Shown piece after piece: positions 1 through 12,800 of a stretch of DNA of 64,000 nucleotides. The position numbers and the translations under genes were made by a program. This DNA is from Macrostomum lignano (lineage: Eukaryota): contig NIVC01002757.1 in the NCBI GenBank assembly GCA_002269645.1, forward strand, positions 1 to 64,000, written 5' to 3'. The notes under the pieces were generated by a model that had not been told where the DNA came from, made no database searches, and saw nothing but the letters and a program-made list of their open reading frames with translations. Position 1 is the stretch's first letter. Every line of letters begins with the position of its first letter.

Positions 1-2049
1 GAGTACAATATTTGCAAAAAGTTAAAAGTATGGAAATAGTTTCCAAATGCTGTGCTTTTTCTTTTCATAGTTAAAGCAAACAACTTATATCCCCGAACTC
101 AGCGTTGCCAAGATCTTGCAGCAATATAAGTTTCTCCTCTCAAGTTTTAAAACTCGAGGAACAGTTTAGCGTTTGAAACTGTCTGATTTATAGCATTGAA
201 GTATCGAGTGTACGTTCACTGCCTGCTTGCAAGTTGATGCATTGAATTTCAATGTCCAACAAATACACAGGATGCCCATTGATAGGCAGGAAAACTTATC
301 AGTAGCCATATCATTGCGCAATTATCTATAAAGTCAGCCAGTGAGCCAGGTCCAATTGTACACACGCGCCATGAGAACGCGCCCATTCCCCCACAGGAGA
401 GAAAATGCACTGGCGACATAGGAAAAAGTTGTGGCGTAATCACTCAAAATTTATGCAATTTTCAGCTCCGAGCAGAAAGAGGGGACAATTAAGATTATCA
501 AAGGTCAAGACCGCCGTTTTCTGCTTTTTTAGGGATCTTAAAATTGAAAATGAAAGATTAAAATAGCCTAAAGCCATCCTCGGAAAATTTGCAGTTTTCC
601 CATATAAGTTTCAACGCTGAGTTGCAAGTATTCTAGGAGGAGTTATCGAACGACATACAGACAGACAAACAACGCGTCAACTTTAGTATATACGAGGCCA
701 ACTCCTCCTTCGGAGAAGAAAGGGAAGAACTCCAATCAGCGGAATTCCATTCCCTGAACTCCATCAGCGGAATCCCATTTTCCAACACCTCTCCGCGCAA
801 CAGAAATCGTCTCCGTGAAACTGAACACTATCGAAATCCTCTCCGTGAAACTGAACACCATCGAAATATTCTCCGCGAAATAGAAATCCTCTCCGTGAAA
901 CTGGACTAAATCGAAATTTCTACGTCAAACAGCCCAGCTCTCAGAATTCATTGGTTAGGGTTAGGTTAGGGTTAGAGCTACACACAGCTGCGTGTTGAAA
1001 GGCGCCGTAAAAACATTGAACCAATTAAATTGCGCAACTTATTTCTCAGGCAGTCAGTATCAGCCTCAGTTAAAGTTAACAAAAAGATTGCGCAATCTAA
1101 ATCAACCCTCAAATACACAGCAACGACCCCCTTCCAATACGCAGTGCAGCTAGAAATTGAACCCCCCCCACCAACTATTGGGGGGTCGGTCGAACCCCAT
1201 TGAACTCCAAAATGAGCACAATCTTTGCAGAAAGCTAAAAGTATGAAAATCTTTTCTTGAATGCTGTGAATTTAATTTTCATATTTAAAGCAAAAAACTT
1301 ATATCCCCGAACTCATTGCAGCAAGATCTTTCCAGCAATATAAGTCTCTCCTCTCTAAGTTCAAAACTCGAGCAACAGTTAGTGTTTGAAACTTTCTGAT
1401 TTTAAGCATTGAAATATCGAGTGTACGTTCACTGCCTGCTAAAGATGCTCGCAAGTTTATGCATTAAAATGCACTGAATTTCACTGTGCAAAAAATACAC
1501 AGGGCTTCCTGTTAAAAAACAGAACACAAATAGTTGCGCATTGTCTATAAAGTCAGTCAGTGAGCCAGGGTTCAAGTGTACACACGCAGCCACTGAGAAC
1601 GCGACCATCCCCCACTTGAGAGAAAATACACTGCCAAGATAGAAAAATTTATGGCGCAATCACTAAAATTTATGCAAATTTTCAGCTCCAAGCAGAAAGA
1701 GGGGACAATTAAGATTATCAAAGGTCAGACCGCCATTTTCTGCTTTTTTAGGGATCTTAAAAATTGAAAATGAAAGATTAAAATAGCCTAAAGCCATCCT
1801 CGGAAAATTTGCAGTTTTCCCATATAAGTTTCAACGCTGACTTGCAAGTATTCTAGGAGGAGTTATCCAACAAACACACACACACACAGACAAACAACGC
1901 ACCAACTTTAGTATTAAGACGAGTGGAACTCCTCCTTCGGAGGAGAAAGGGGAAGAACTCCCATCACCGGAATTCCATTCCCTGAAATATCCATCAACTG
2001 AAATTCCATGTCTTGAACCCTATCTTCCAAATCGTCTCCAAATTCTTTA

Positions 2050-3130
2050 CAAACCTTTCAAAGACCATAGCTCAAAGACTCTTACGTCTCTCATATCTCC
2101 TCTCTCCTCTCTTCGCTATTATCGTGACTCTCTTCTCTCTCCTCTCTCTTATCTCATCTCTACCCCTACTCCCTTATTTATCTCTTCTCCCTCGTCTTTC
2201 GTTTGTACCCTCTCCTGTCTCTTGTCTCCTCTTTTCTCTCATATCTCTCCTCTTCACTTCTGTCTCCTGTCTCCTCTCTTCTCTCTTATCTCTCCCTCTT
2301 CTCTCCTCTCTCATATGTCATCTCTTCTTACTTATCTATCGTCTCTCTTAACCCTCTCTCTTCTCTTTTCTCTCCTATCTGCTTCTCATTTCTCATTTCT
2401 CATATACGCTCTCACACTCTACTTTCTTGTCTCCCATCTTTCTTTCCTCCTTACCACTATCCCCTGTCTCTTCTCTTCTCTCTTTTCTATCCTCTCCATT
2501 CTCTCTTCTCTCCTCTCCTTTCTCCTTTCATCTTCTCCCCTCTCTTCTCTAATGTCTAATCTCTTCTCTCTTATGTTCTCACTCATCTCTTTTCTCATCG
2601 CATCTCTCATCTCTCCTCTCCTCACTACTTTCCTTCTCTTAACTCTCTTATCTCTGATCTTTCATCTCTTTCCTCTCTCCTCTCTCTCTTTTCCTCTCGC
2701 TTCTCTCTCTCCTCTCTCTCCTGTCATCTATACTACCTTATTTATATCTTCTCCCTGGTCTTTCGTCTCTACTCTCTCCTGTCTCATTTCTCCCCTCTTT
2801 TCTCCTCTCTTCTCTCTCCCCTCCTCTCTCATCTCTCATTCCTCATCTCACTCCTTCTTTCTCCTCTACTCTCCCCTCTTTTCTATTACCTCTGTACGCT
2901 CTTATCCCTCATCTCTATTCTCTTTCCTATCATCTCTCTTGTCTCCCTCTGCTATCTCATATCTCTCCTCTCGTCTCCTCTCTCCTCTTCTCTTCTCTCT
3001 CCTTCGTTCCCGCCTTACTCCCCTCTTCTCTCCCATCTGTCATGTCTAATCTCTCGTCTCATTTCTACTCTGTTTTCTATCATCTCATCTCATCTCTCTT
3101 CTCTTTTCATTCTTCTCTTTACTCTCTTCT
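2050..3130. repeat. CT-rich low-complexity tract inserted in the repeat array
   Basis: Almost purely C/T degenerate (CT)n/(CTCTT)n; gives spurious S/L-rich ORFs. Confidence 0.9.
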
Positions 3131-3315
3131 CTGACTGATTGAAGATGCCAAATCCATCAAGATCCTCTCCGCGAAGCAGAAAAATCCTGTCCATGCAACT
3201 GAAAACCATCGAAATCCTCTCCGTGAAACTGGACTCCTTCGAAATCCTCTCCTTGAAACTTAAATCCATCAAAATGGTCTCCATAAAACAGAAATCAATC
3301 ATAAATTATCTCCGC

Positions 3316-3510
3316 GAAACAGAAATCCTCTCCGTGAAGCTGAACATCATCGAAATCCTCTCCGTGAAACTGAACATCATCGAAATCCTTTCACGAAACT
3401 GAACACCATCGAAATCCTCTCCACGAAACTGAACACCATCGAAATCCTCTCCACGAAACTGAACACCATCGAAATCCTCTCCACGAAACTGAACACCATC
3501 GAAATCCTCT
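3316..3510 (+). repeat. ~30-nt tandem repeat GAAACTGAACACCATCGAAATCCTCTCC(AC/GT)
   Basis: About 6 adjacent copies; the same motif occurs in lower copy at ~815-910, 4720-4800 and 7430-7500. Confidence 0.85.
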
Positions 3511-6500
3511 CACGAAACATAAATCCTCTTCGTCAAAATTAAAACATTGAAATCGTCTCCGCTAAACTGGACTCAATCGAATTTTTTCCGTCAAACAACT
3601 CAACTCTCCGGATTCATTGGTTAGGGTTAGGGTTAGGGTTAGGGTTAGAACTACGCACAGGTTTGTGTTAAAAGGCACTGATAAAAATATTGAACTAATT
3701 GAATCAATTCATTGCGCAACTGATTTCACAGTCAGTCAGTCAATCTAAATCAACCCTCCAATACACAGCAGCAGTGAGAAGTTGAACCCTCCCCCCAACT
3801 TTATCTATTACGTCTCGCAAAACTGATTACAATTTTGCAAAAAGTTAAAAGTATGGGAATAGTTTTCCCAATGAAAAGCTTTTAGTTTTCATATATAAAG
3901 CAAACAACTTATATCCTCGAACTCTGCGTTGCAAGATCTTTCCAGCAATATAAGTTTCTCCTCTCAAAGTTTAAAACTCGAGGAACAGTTAGCGTTTGAA
4001 ATTTACCGATTTCCCGACTGCTTGCTAGAGAAGCTCGCAAGTTTATTCATTGAATTTCACTGCCAAGCTAATACACACGGCTGCCTATGGAGAAAAAAGG
4101 CGCCAATAATAAAACCAAATGAATCTCGACACAGTCTTATCTGTTTACACTGTACAACTGCTATGTACACTCAGCCCAAGCCCAACCCCCCGTTCTGGGG
4201 GAATCATTAAATTCAACCCAACCCCCCAACACGCGGGGGGTTTTATTTGCATTGAACGCAGAACCCGCGGCGCACCCACCACCACTCAATACACAGCGGC
4301 CCGCGGGCGGAGGTTGGGGTGGCTATTTTTACAAACAGACTGCAACCCCTCCACTGGAGAGGCAGAGTGACCACAGAAGGGCCAAAGAAGGTTAAGAAAT
4401 TAGTTTTCTGCTTTTTTAGGGATCTTAAAATGTAAAAATGAAAGATTAAAATAGCTATAAACCCAGTCCGGAAAATTTGCAGTTTTCCCATATAAGTTTC
4501 AACGCTGACTTGCCAGTAGTTTAGGAGAAAAATTGCAACACACATACATACAGACAAACAAACAAACATCGCACCACTTTTAGTATTAAGACGAGGCCAA
4601 CTCCTCCGATGGAGGAGAAAGGGGAAGAACTCCCATCACCGGAATTCCATTCCCTGAACTCCATCAGCTGAATCCCAAGACCCGAATATCATCTAACTGT
4701 TCTCCAAATCCATCAAAATCCTCTCCGTGAAACTGAACACCATCGAAATCCTCTCCGCGAAACAGAAATCCTCTCCGTGAAACTGGACTCAATCGAAAGT
4801 TTCTCCGTCAAACAACTTAACTCTCAGGATTCTGTGGTTAGGGTTAGGGTTAGGGTTAGGGTTGGAGCTTCACAGAGCTGCGTGTTAAAAGGCACCGATC
4901 ATAAAACATTGAACCAATTGAATCAATTGATTGCGCAACCGATTTCTCAGTCAGTCAGTATCAGTCTCAGTTAAAGTTAACAAAAAGTTAAGTTAACAAA
5001 AAGTTTGCGCAATCTAAATCAACCCTCCAATACACAGCGATAGTAAGAATTTGAACCCTTCCCTAACTTTATCTATTACGTCTTGCAAAACTAAGTACAA
5101 TCTTTGCAGAACCTTAAAAGTATGGAAACCATTTTCTTAATTCTGAGCTTTCTGTTTCCATATTTAAAGCAAACAACTTACATCCCTGAACTCAGCATTA
5201 AAATATCTTTTTAGCAATATAAATCTCTCCTCTCAAAGTTTAAAACTCGAGGTACAGTAAGCGTTTAAAATTTACTGATTTCCCGACTGCTTGCTAGAGA
5301 AGCTCGCAAGAATTTCACTGCCAAGCTAATACACAGGGCGGCCTATGGAAAAAGGCGCCAATAATAAAACCAATTGAATCTGGACACATCCTATCTATCT
5401 GTTGACACTCTACACTCTAGTGCTATGTACACTCAGCCCAAGCCCAACCCCCCATTCCGGGGGAAGCATTAAATTTAACTCAACCCCCCAACACGCGGGG
5501 GGGGGGGTTATTTGCATTGAACGCGGAACACGCGCACCCACCACCCCTCAATACACAGCGGCCCGCGGGCGGAGGTTGGGGTGGCTATTTTTACAAACTG
5601 GCTGCAGCCCCAGGCAGAGTGGCCAAAGAAGGTTATTGAGGGTTAAAAAAACAGTTTTCTGCTTTTTTAGGGATCTTAAAATGTAAAAATGAAAGATTAA
5701 AATAGCTATAAACCCAATCCGGAAAATTTGCAGTTTTCCCATATAAGTTTCGACGCTGACTTGCAAGTATTGTAGGAGTTCACTTGCAACACACACACAC
5801 ACAGACAAACATCGCGTCAGTTTTAGTATTAGGATCGCGTCAGTTTTAGTATTAGGATAGATAGATAGATAGAAGATAGATAGATAGATAGATAGAAGAT
5901 AGAGAGATAGAGATTCATTGGTTAAGGTTAGGGTTAGGGTTAGAGCTACACAGAGCTGCGTGTTGAAAGACGCCGTAAAAACATTGAACCAATTAAATTG
6001 CGCAACTTATTTCTCAGGCAGTCAGTATCAGCCTCAGTTAAAGTTAACAAAAAGATTGCGCAATCTAAATCAACCCTCAAATACACAGCAACCGACCCCC
6101 CTTCCAATATGCAGTGCAGCTAGAAATTGAACCCCCCCCCCCTCACCAACTATTGGGGGGTCGGTCGAACCCCCATTGAACTCCAAAATGAGAACAATCT
6201 TTGCAGAAAGCTAAAAGTATGAAAATCTTTTCTTGAATGCTGTGAATTTAATTTTCATATTTAAAGCAAAAAACTTATATCCCCGAACTCATTGCAGCAA
6301 GATCTTTCCAGCAATATAAGTCTCTCCTCTCTAAGTTCAAAACTCGAGCAACAGTTAGTGTTTAAAACTTTCTGATTTTAAGCATTGAAATATCGAGTGT
6401 ACGTTCACTGGCTGCAACAGTGAATTGCAATTGTCTATACAGTCAGCCCGTGCGCCAAGGTCCAAGTGCACACGAAATGATTGCGCAATCTAAATCAACC

Positions 6501-9500
6501 CTCCAATACACAGCGACTGACCCCCTTCCGCAGTGGCAATTAAAAGTTGAACCGCCCCCCCTCCCACCAACTGTTGGGGGTTGGTCGAACCCCATTGAAC
6601 CCCAAAATGAGTACAATCTTTCCAGAAAGTAAAAAGTATGGAAGTTGTTTTCGATCGCTGTGTTTTTTCTTTTCACATTTAAAACAAACAACTTATATCC
6701 CCGAACTCAGTGTTGCAAGATCTTTCCAGCAATATAAGTCTATTCTTTTAAAGTTTAGAACTCGAGCAACAGTTAGCGTTTGAAATGTCCCGATTTAAAG
6801 CATTGAAGTATCGAGTGTACGTTCACCTGCCTGCTAAAAAGGCTCGCATGTTGATGCATTGAATTTCAGTGTGCAAAAAATACACCAGGCTGCCTAATTG
6901 AAAATCAGAGCACGTATCGTTGCGCAATTGTCTATACAGTCAGCCCGTGCGCCAAGGTCCAAGTGTACACACGCCGCCACTGAGAACGCGAGCACCCCCA
7001 CTGGAGAGAAAATACACTGCAGAGATAGGAGAAAGTTATGGCGCAATCGCTCAAAATTCATGCAAATTTTTAGCTCCAAGCAGAAAGAGGGGACAAATAA
7101 GATTATCAAAGGTCAAGATTGCAGTTTTTTGCTTTTTCGGGATCTTAAAATGTAAAAATAAAAAATTGAAATAGCCCACTGCCATCCTCGGAAAATTTGC
7201 AGTTTTCCCATATAAGTTTCGACGCTGACTTGCAAGTCGTCTAGGAGGAGATATGTATCACACAGACAAACAACGCACCAGTTTTAGTATTAACGAGGCC
7301 AACTCCTCCGATGGAGAAGAAAGGGGAAGAACTCCCATCACCGGAATTCCATTCCCTGAACTCCATCAGCTGAATCCCAAGACCCGAATCCCATTATCTA
7401 ACTGTTCTCCAAATCCATCAAAATCCTCTCTGAGAAACTGAACACGATCGAAATCCTCTCCGCGAAACAGAAATCCTCTCCGTGAAACTGGACTCAATCG
7501 AAAGTTTCTCCGTCAAACAACTAAACTCTCAGGATTCAGTGGTTAGGGTTAGGGTTAGGGTTGGAGCTGCACAGAGCTGCGTGTTGAAAAGGTCCGATAA
7601 AAAATGAGATAATTGAATCAAAAGATTGCGCAATTTACGCTCGTATTTCTAAGTCAGTCAGTATCAGTCTCAGTTAAAGTTAACAAAAATATTGCGCAAT
7701 CTAAATCAACCCTCCATCCAATACACAGCGACCGACACCCTTCCAATACGCAGTGGCAATTAGAAATTGAACCCCCCCCCCCAACTGTTGGGGGGTCAGT
7801 CGAACACCATTGAACTCCTAAAATGAGTACAATCTTTGCAATAAGTTAAAAGTATGGAAATAGTTTTTCCAATGCAGAGCATTTAGTTTTCATATTTAAA
7901 GCAAACAATTTATATCCCCGAACTCAGCGTTGCAAGTTCTTTCCAGCAATATAAGTCTCTCCTCTCAAAGTTAAAAAATCCAGCAACAGTCTGAGTTTGA
8001 AATTTGCCGATTTATAGCATTGCAATATTGAGTGTACGTTCATACGTTCACTGCCTGCTAAAGAGGCCCGCAAGTTTATTCATTGAATTTCACTGTCTAA
8101 CCAATGCACAGGGCAGTCAATTGAAAGGCGCTGATAATAAAACCAATTGAATCTCAGCACAATAGCCATATAATTGCGCTTACTTACCCACCACCCCACG
8201 AAATACACACAGTTCAATTTTTCAGCCGGGGTCCGCTTGTACACACGCTGCCACTGAGAACGCGACCAACCCCCACTGGCGAGAAAATACACTACAGAGA
8301 TAGGAGAAAGTTGTGGCGCAATCGCTCAAAATCATGCAAATTTTCGGCTCCGAGCAGAAAAAGTGTCCAGAGAAGGTTAGGAAATCAGTTTTCTGCTTTT
8401 TTAGGGATCTTAAAATGTGAAAATAAAAAATTGAAATAGCCCACTGCAGTCCCCGGAAAATTTGCAGTTTCCCCATATAAGTTTCAACGCTGACTTGCAA
8501 GTATTCTAGGAGGAGTTATGCAACACACAAACAAACAGACAAACAAACAAACAATCATCGCACCAACTTTAGTATTAGGAGACGAGGCCAACTCCTCCTT
8601 CGGAGAAGAAATGGGAAGAACTCCCATCACTGGAATTCCATTCCCTGAACTCCATCAGCTAAACTCAACTCTCAGAATTCATTGGTTAGGGTTAGGGTTA
8701 GAGCTACACACAGCAGCGTGTTGAAAGGCGCCAATAAAATATTGATCGAACTAATTGAATCAATTGATTGCGCAACCGATTTCTCAGTCAGTCAGTATAA
8801 AGTTAGCAAAAAGATTGCGCAATCTATTGTAAATCAACCCTCCAATACACAGCGACCGACCCCCTCCAATACTCAGTGGCAGTTTAGAAGATGAAACCAA
8901 CCCCCGGAACCCCCATGAACCCCTAAAATGAATAAAATCTTTGCCGACAGTAAAAAGTATGAAAAACTTTTTCCATTGCTCCGCCTTCATTTTTTCTACT
9001 TTAAAGCAAACAATTTTTATACCCGAACTCAGCGTTGCAAGCTCTTTTCAGCAATATAAGTCTCTCCTCTCAAAGTTTAATACTCAAAGAAAATTTAGCG
9101 TTTGAAAGTTCCCGTTTTAAAGCATTGAAATATCGAGTGTACGTTCACTACTGCCTGCTGGCACAAATAATAAAACAAATTGATGGCGCAATTCATTTCT
9201 CCGTCAGTCAGTATCAGTCTCAGTTAAAATTATTACGCAAACTAAATCAACCCTCCAATGCTCAGAGACTGACCCCTTGCAATACGCAGTGGCGGTTAGG
9301 CTGATGAAATTTAATAATAGCCCCCCCCGCCTAAGTTCTTGCTGGCTGAAACTTTTACGCGAGGGAAATTCCAGTCACGATTAACCGTGACATCTATAAC
9401 TTCCTTCATCCATGGCCATGGGCTCAAAACCTCTCTGTAGCTTTACTGTCTACGTAGGATTAAACATAAACGAATATTCGCAGTCACGGAGAGGCCTAAC

Positions 9501-9890
9501 CTTAACCAATTTAAGCCCTAATGTAAGTCTGGCCTAATATTAAAGTTTATTTTAATAGTGCAAAAAGAAGCCACAACAGTATCCCATAGAAGCTTCCGTG
9601 GTTCGTGGAAAAATCAGTTCATGAAAATATAAAGTCTTACAAAAATAATTTTATTTTTATCGCATGCATGAAAGTAATGCTAATATCAACAATAAGCTAC
9701 GATTAGACAGTGCGAATAAAAGACTTTTAAAACTTTGTTTTACGATTTGACAAAATTTAAAAGCAGGCTAGCTAATTTTTTTAAAAATTAAGATCTTGAG
9801 CTCACGTGTGCTACTAGCTATATTCTGCACGGCATGGCATGCATGACAAGACTAGACTGATTCTTCTTTCAGTTTATCACAGCGCATTAT

Positions 9891-12800
9891 ATGGATCAAG
9901 TTAAAAGTAAGTCTTTTTAATAAGGCATTTAACATAGATGCTATTTATTATTAAGATTTCTACAGGTTGGACAACATCAAAATTGTGATTGAATTAGATC
10001 AGGATTCTATTTTTTCCAGGGTCCTGACTCCTTGGATTTTGGGAATATGGGAGTGGTATCAGGATCAATATTATATATATAAATTAAAACTAAGCATGTA
10101 TAGATGTTGAACTGGGTCAAAATTTTTTTTTCAATATTGGCATTGGGATACCAATATGTTGTGTCAGCCTAGGCCTAAGCATGCCAAGGCCTAACCTAAA
10201 CCAATTTAAGTCCTAATGTAAGCCTGGCCTATGCATTTGCTAAGTATATGCTAGGCCTACAATCTGATTTTTGAATATCAGAAAAAAGGTTTGGCTCCTA
10301 TTAAAAGCAATAAAAATTTTGTGCTAAAAAAATGAAAAGCTCTTATCTCAACGGTAACAGTCCACTTTGGTAACAGCTATTTTGGTAACAGCCACTTCGG
10401 TAGCAAGTGAGAATAATATAATATGCATTAATTGATATGCTCCAAAAGGATATGCAAACAAACTTTAAAGAAAGAACGACAAAACACATGTGTACCTACA
10501 TGTGTTTAACTTGTTTTAAAGTGTTTTAACCAATCTATTTTAATTTCTGGATGAGTCAGATTACGTGCACCCAAGACATCTTGTAATTGACCAAATTTTG
10601 TGACTGTGTACATTGGAATCTCTGATCTAGTTAGCAAATAAAGACTTAAAATTATAGAATCTACTTCTTTCTTCATTAATTATTTAAATTTTTTCCATTT
10701 TAATGATTTGTGTATTAGGAGCTATAAAGCTTGCTTTGCTTAATTTTCTTTGCCTTTAAATGTTTCACAAAGTTACTGCGCAAGTTTAAACAAAGTATAA
10801 TATAGTTTAACTAGAAAGTTTAACAATGTGTGCAATAAGACATTTGAAATATTAATTATCATGAAAATATAGTATTGATAGTCGTAAATCTGCTTTGTTA
10901 CTAAAGTGGCAGTTATCTAAGTATCTAAGTATCTAAGTTATCTAAGTATATAAACTCTTTGTTGCTTTTGTTTTCTTGGACAAATAAAATTTCAGCATAT
11001 GACTAAGATGGCCATAGCTCTAAATGGCTACATGGATAAGAATGGGTCCATATATTTCCTCATTACCTTGAGATAGGAGCTTTTCATTTTTGAGCTTTGC
11101 ACAGAAATAATTGCTTTCAATAGTAGCCAGACCTAATATTCATCTTTTGATATGTTTTAGCTTTCTTATAATTATAAATATTCATAAAAACTTTTGCATA
11201 AAAAGTCATCATTCTGGGTTAATCTAAATGTGTCTTATACCCCAAAATACCATATAAAAATAGCATAGCTTATTGGTTTCATGAATCTATTTTATGATTC
11301 TTAGCTGACTATATAACAATATGTGCAATAGATAGTAGAAAAGATTTATAAAGCAAATAAATTGAGCCATGCTATTATTTTTTATGATTTTTAGGTATAG
11401 TGATGAATGATAATTGTACATGGAATAAAACCATTATGGTGAAATGCCTATCAGTTAGGAGGCATATACTGTGTTAAAAAACCTGTGTCTACCTGCAAAG
11501 GCCTCTGACAAGTCTCTTGGCTTGTGTAAGTTCAAAGGTTGCATATGTAGAATAATATTTAATCGATGCTGGTACTGCTCTTTTTTAATTAACCAGACAC
11601 CCTAGCGGAGCTGCAGAACAAACGCCCCAATGCGCCTCAGCCTCAGCCAGATGTTGACAAGCTGGAAGCTGAACTGCCGCTGCAGTCAATTCGTCAGAAG
11701 CTGCGATTCAGCAGCCTGGAAGTCAGCCGCTCAGAGCAGACTGGCAGCGTTGCATCGGCATCAACAGCGCCTGCGGTGTCGGATCGAATGAAAATCTACC
11801 TGCGAGTCCGACCTCTCACTGAAGCCGAGCTCGCTGCCGGCGAGGAGAAGCACTGCTTCACAATTGACGGGCCGAAATCTATTGTTGCTAACGCATCGGC
11901 TGACGCTCCACCTGCTGGGCATCTGCGGGATAGCGAGCGCCTGTCGCATCGGTTCGCCTTCAGCCGAGTGTTCAACGAGTCAGTCAGTCAGTCGCAGATG
12001 TTTGACGGTACAGTGGCTGACCTTGTCAAGCAGCTGCTTCAAGGCCATAGCGGCCTTGTGTTCAGCTATGGTGTCACAAGCGCTGGCAAGACTCACACTA
12101 TTCAAGTGAGTTGGACTGGCTTTCAATCCTCCTATTCACATCATTGGATTTTGAAGCTATAAATACTATGGTTATCCTGGCGCACTTTAAGCGACATTGT
12201 CACACAGCCGCCGAGAGGCATTGCTGCCCATTCCGCCGACTCCCCTGAGCGGGTCGCTTTCAAAAGACCGAAATTTCACAACGCCGAAAACTCAAAATGC
12301 AGGGCCCTTAACAAGACCGAAACTTCATAAGACCGAAATTTCACAACGCCGAAAACTACTGCACGATCCTTCACAAAACCGAAACTTCATAAGACCGAAA
12401 TTTCACATTGTAGAAAATTTAATACAATAAGGAGCATGCAGAATTTTCGGCGTTGTGAAATTTCGGTCTTGTGAAACCCCCCCCCCCCCCTGGAGCAGGC
12501 ATACGCGCAGGCACACGCCACACACATGTACACTTCACTGTGCCTTGGGGGTTAGCCTTCAAGGCCGTTAATTGCATGAGCAGAGCCAAGCCGAGATTCC
12601 AATTTAGCACTTGGAATCGAGCCTGGGCCGCTGGTACCCGTTGAAAATGTTACCGTGACCAGAATCGCTAAAGAGAGTCGTTGTCGTTAGTGCTTAACTT
12701 TCTACTAACTCAAGTAGACTAAATAGAGCTGAGTTGTTATAATTGTAAATGCGAAATGCGATTCTAATTCATACTTCCGACGCAACTCAGTGGCTCTAGC

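Larger units (their letters stand above)
1..9310. repeat. Tandem/mosaic array of a diverged ~1.2-1.3 kb complex repeat (possibly non-autonomous Helitron/HINE-like); runs off the left edge of the window
   Basis: Anchor GCAGTTTTCCCATATAAGTTTC recurs at ~600, 1820, 4490, 5740, 7210 and 8475. Anchor CTTATATCCCCGAACTC (or variants) recurs at ~85, 1299, 3910, 5138, 6273, 6692, 7910 and 9017. Units carry AC/ACAG microsatellite, a TTTAGTATT(A/AG)GA motif, short TTAGGG tracts and C-run/G-run hairpins. No convincing coding ORF. Family assignment is inference. Confidence 0.85.

Noticed and set aside
2013-3049. Ser/Leu-rich ORFs
   Set aside because: CT low-complexity DNA.
3621-3644. True telomere or chromosome end
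   Set aside because: Tracts are only 2-4 units long and are embedded within repeat units with sequence continuing on both sides.
9352-9370. E2F-like site TTTTACGCGAGGGAAA upstream of the kinesin
   Set aside because: Plausible for a mitotic gene but an imperfect match, and the transcription start is unknown.
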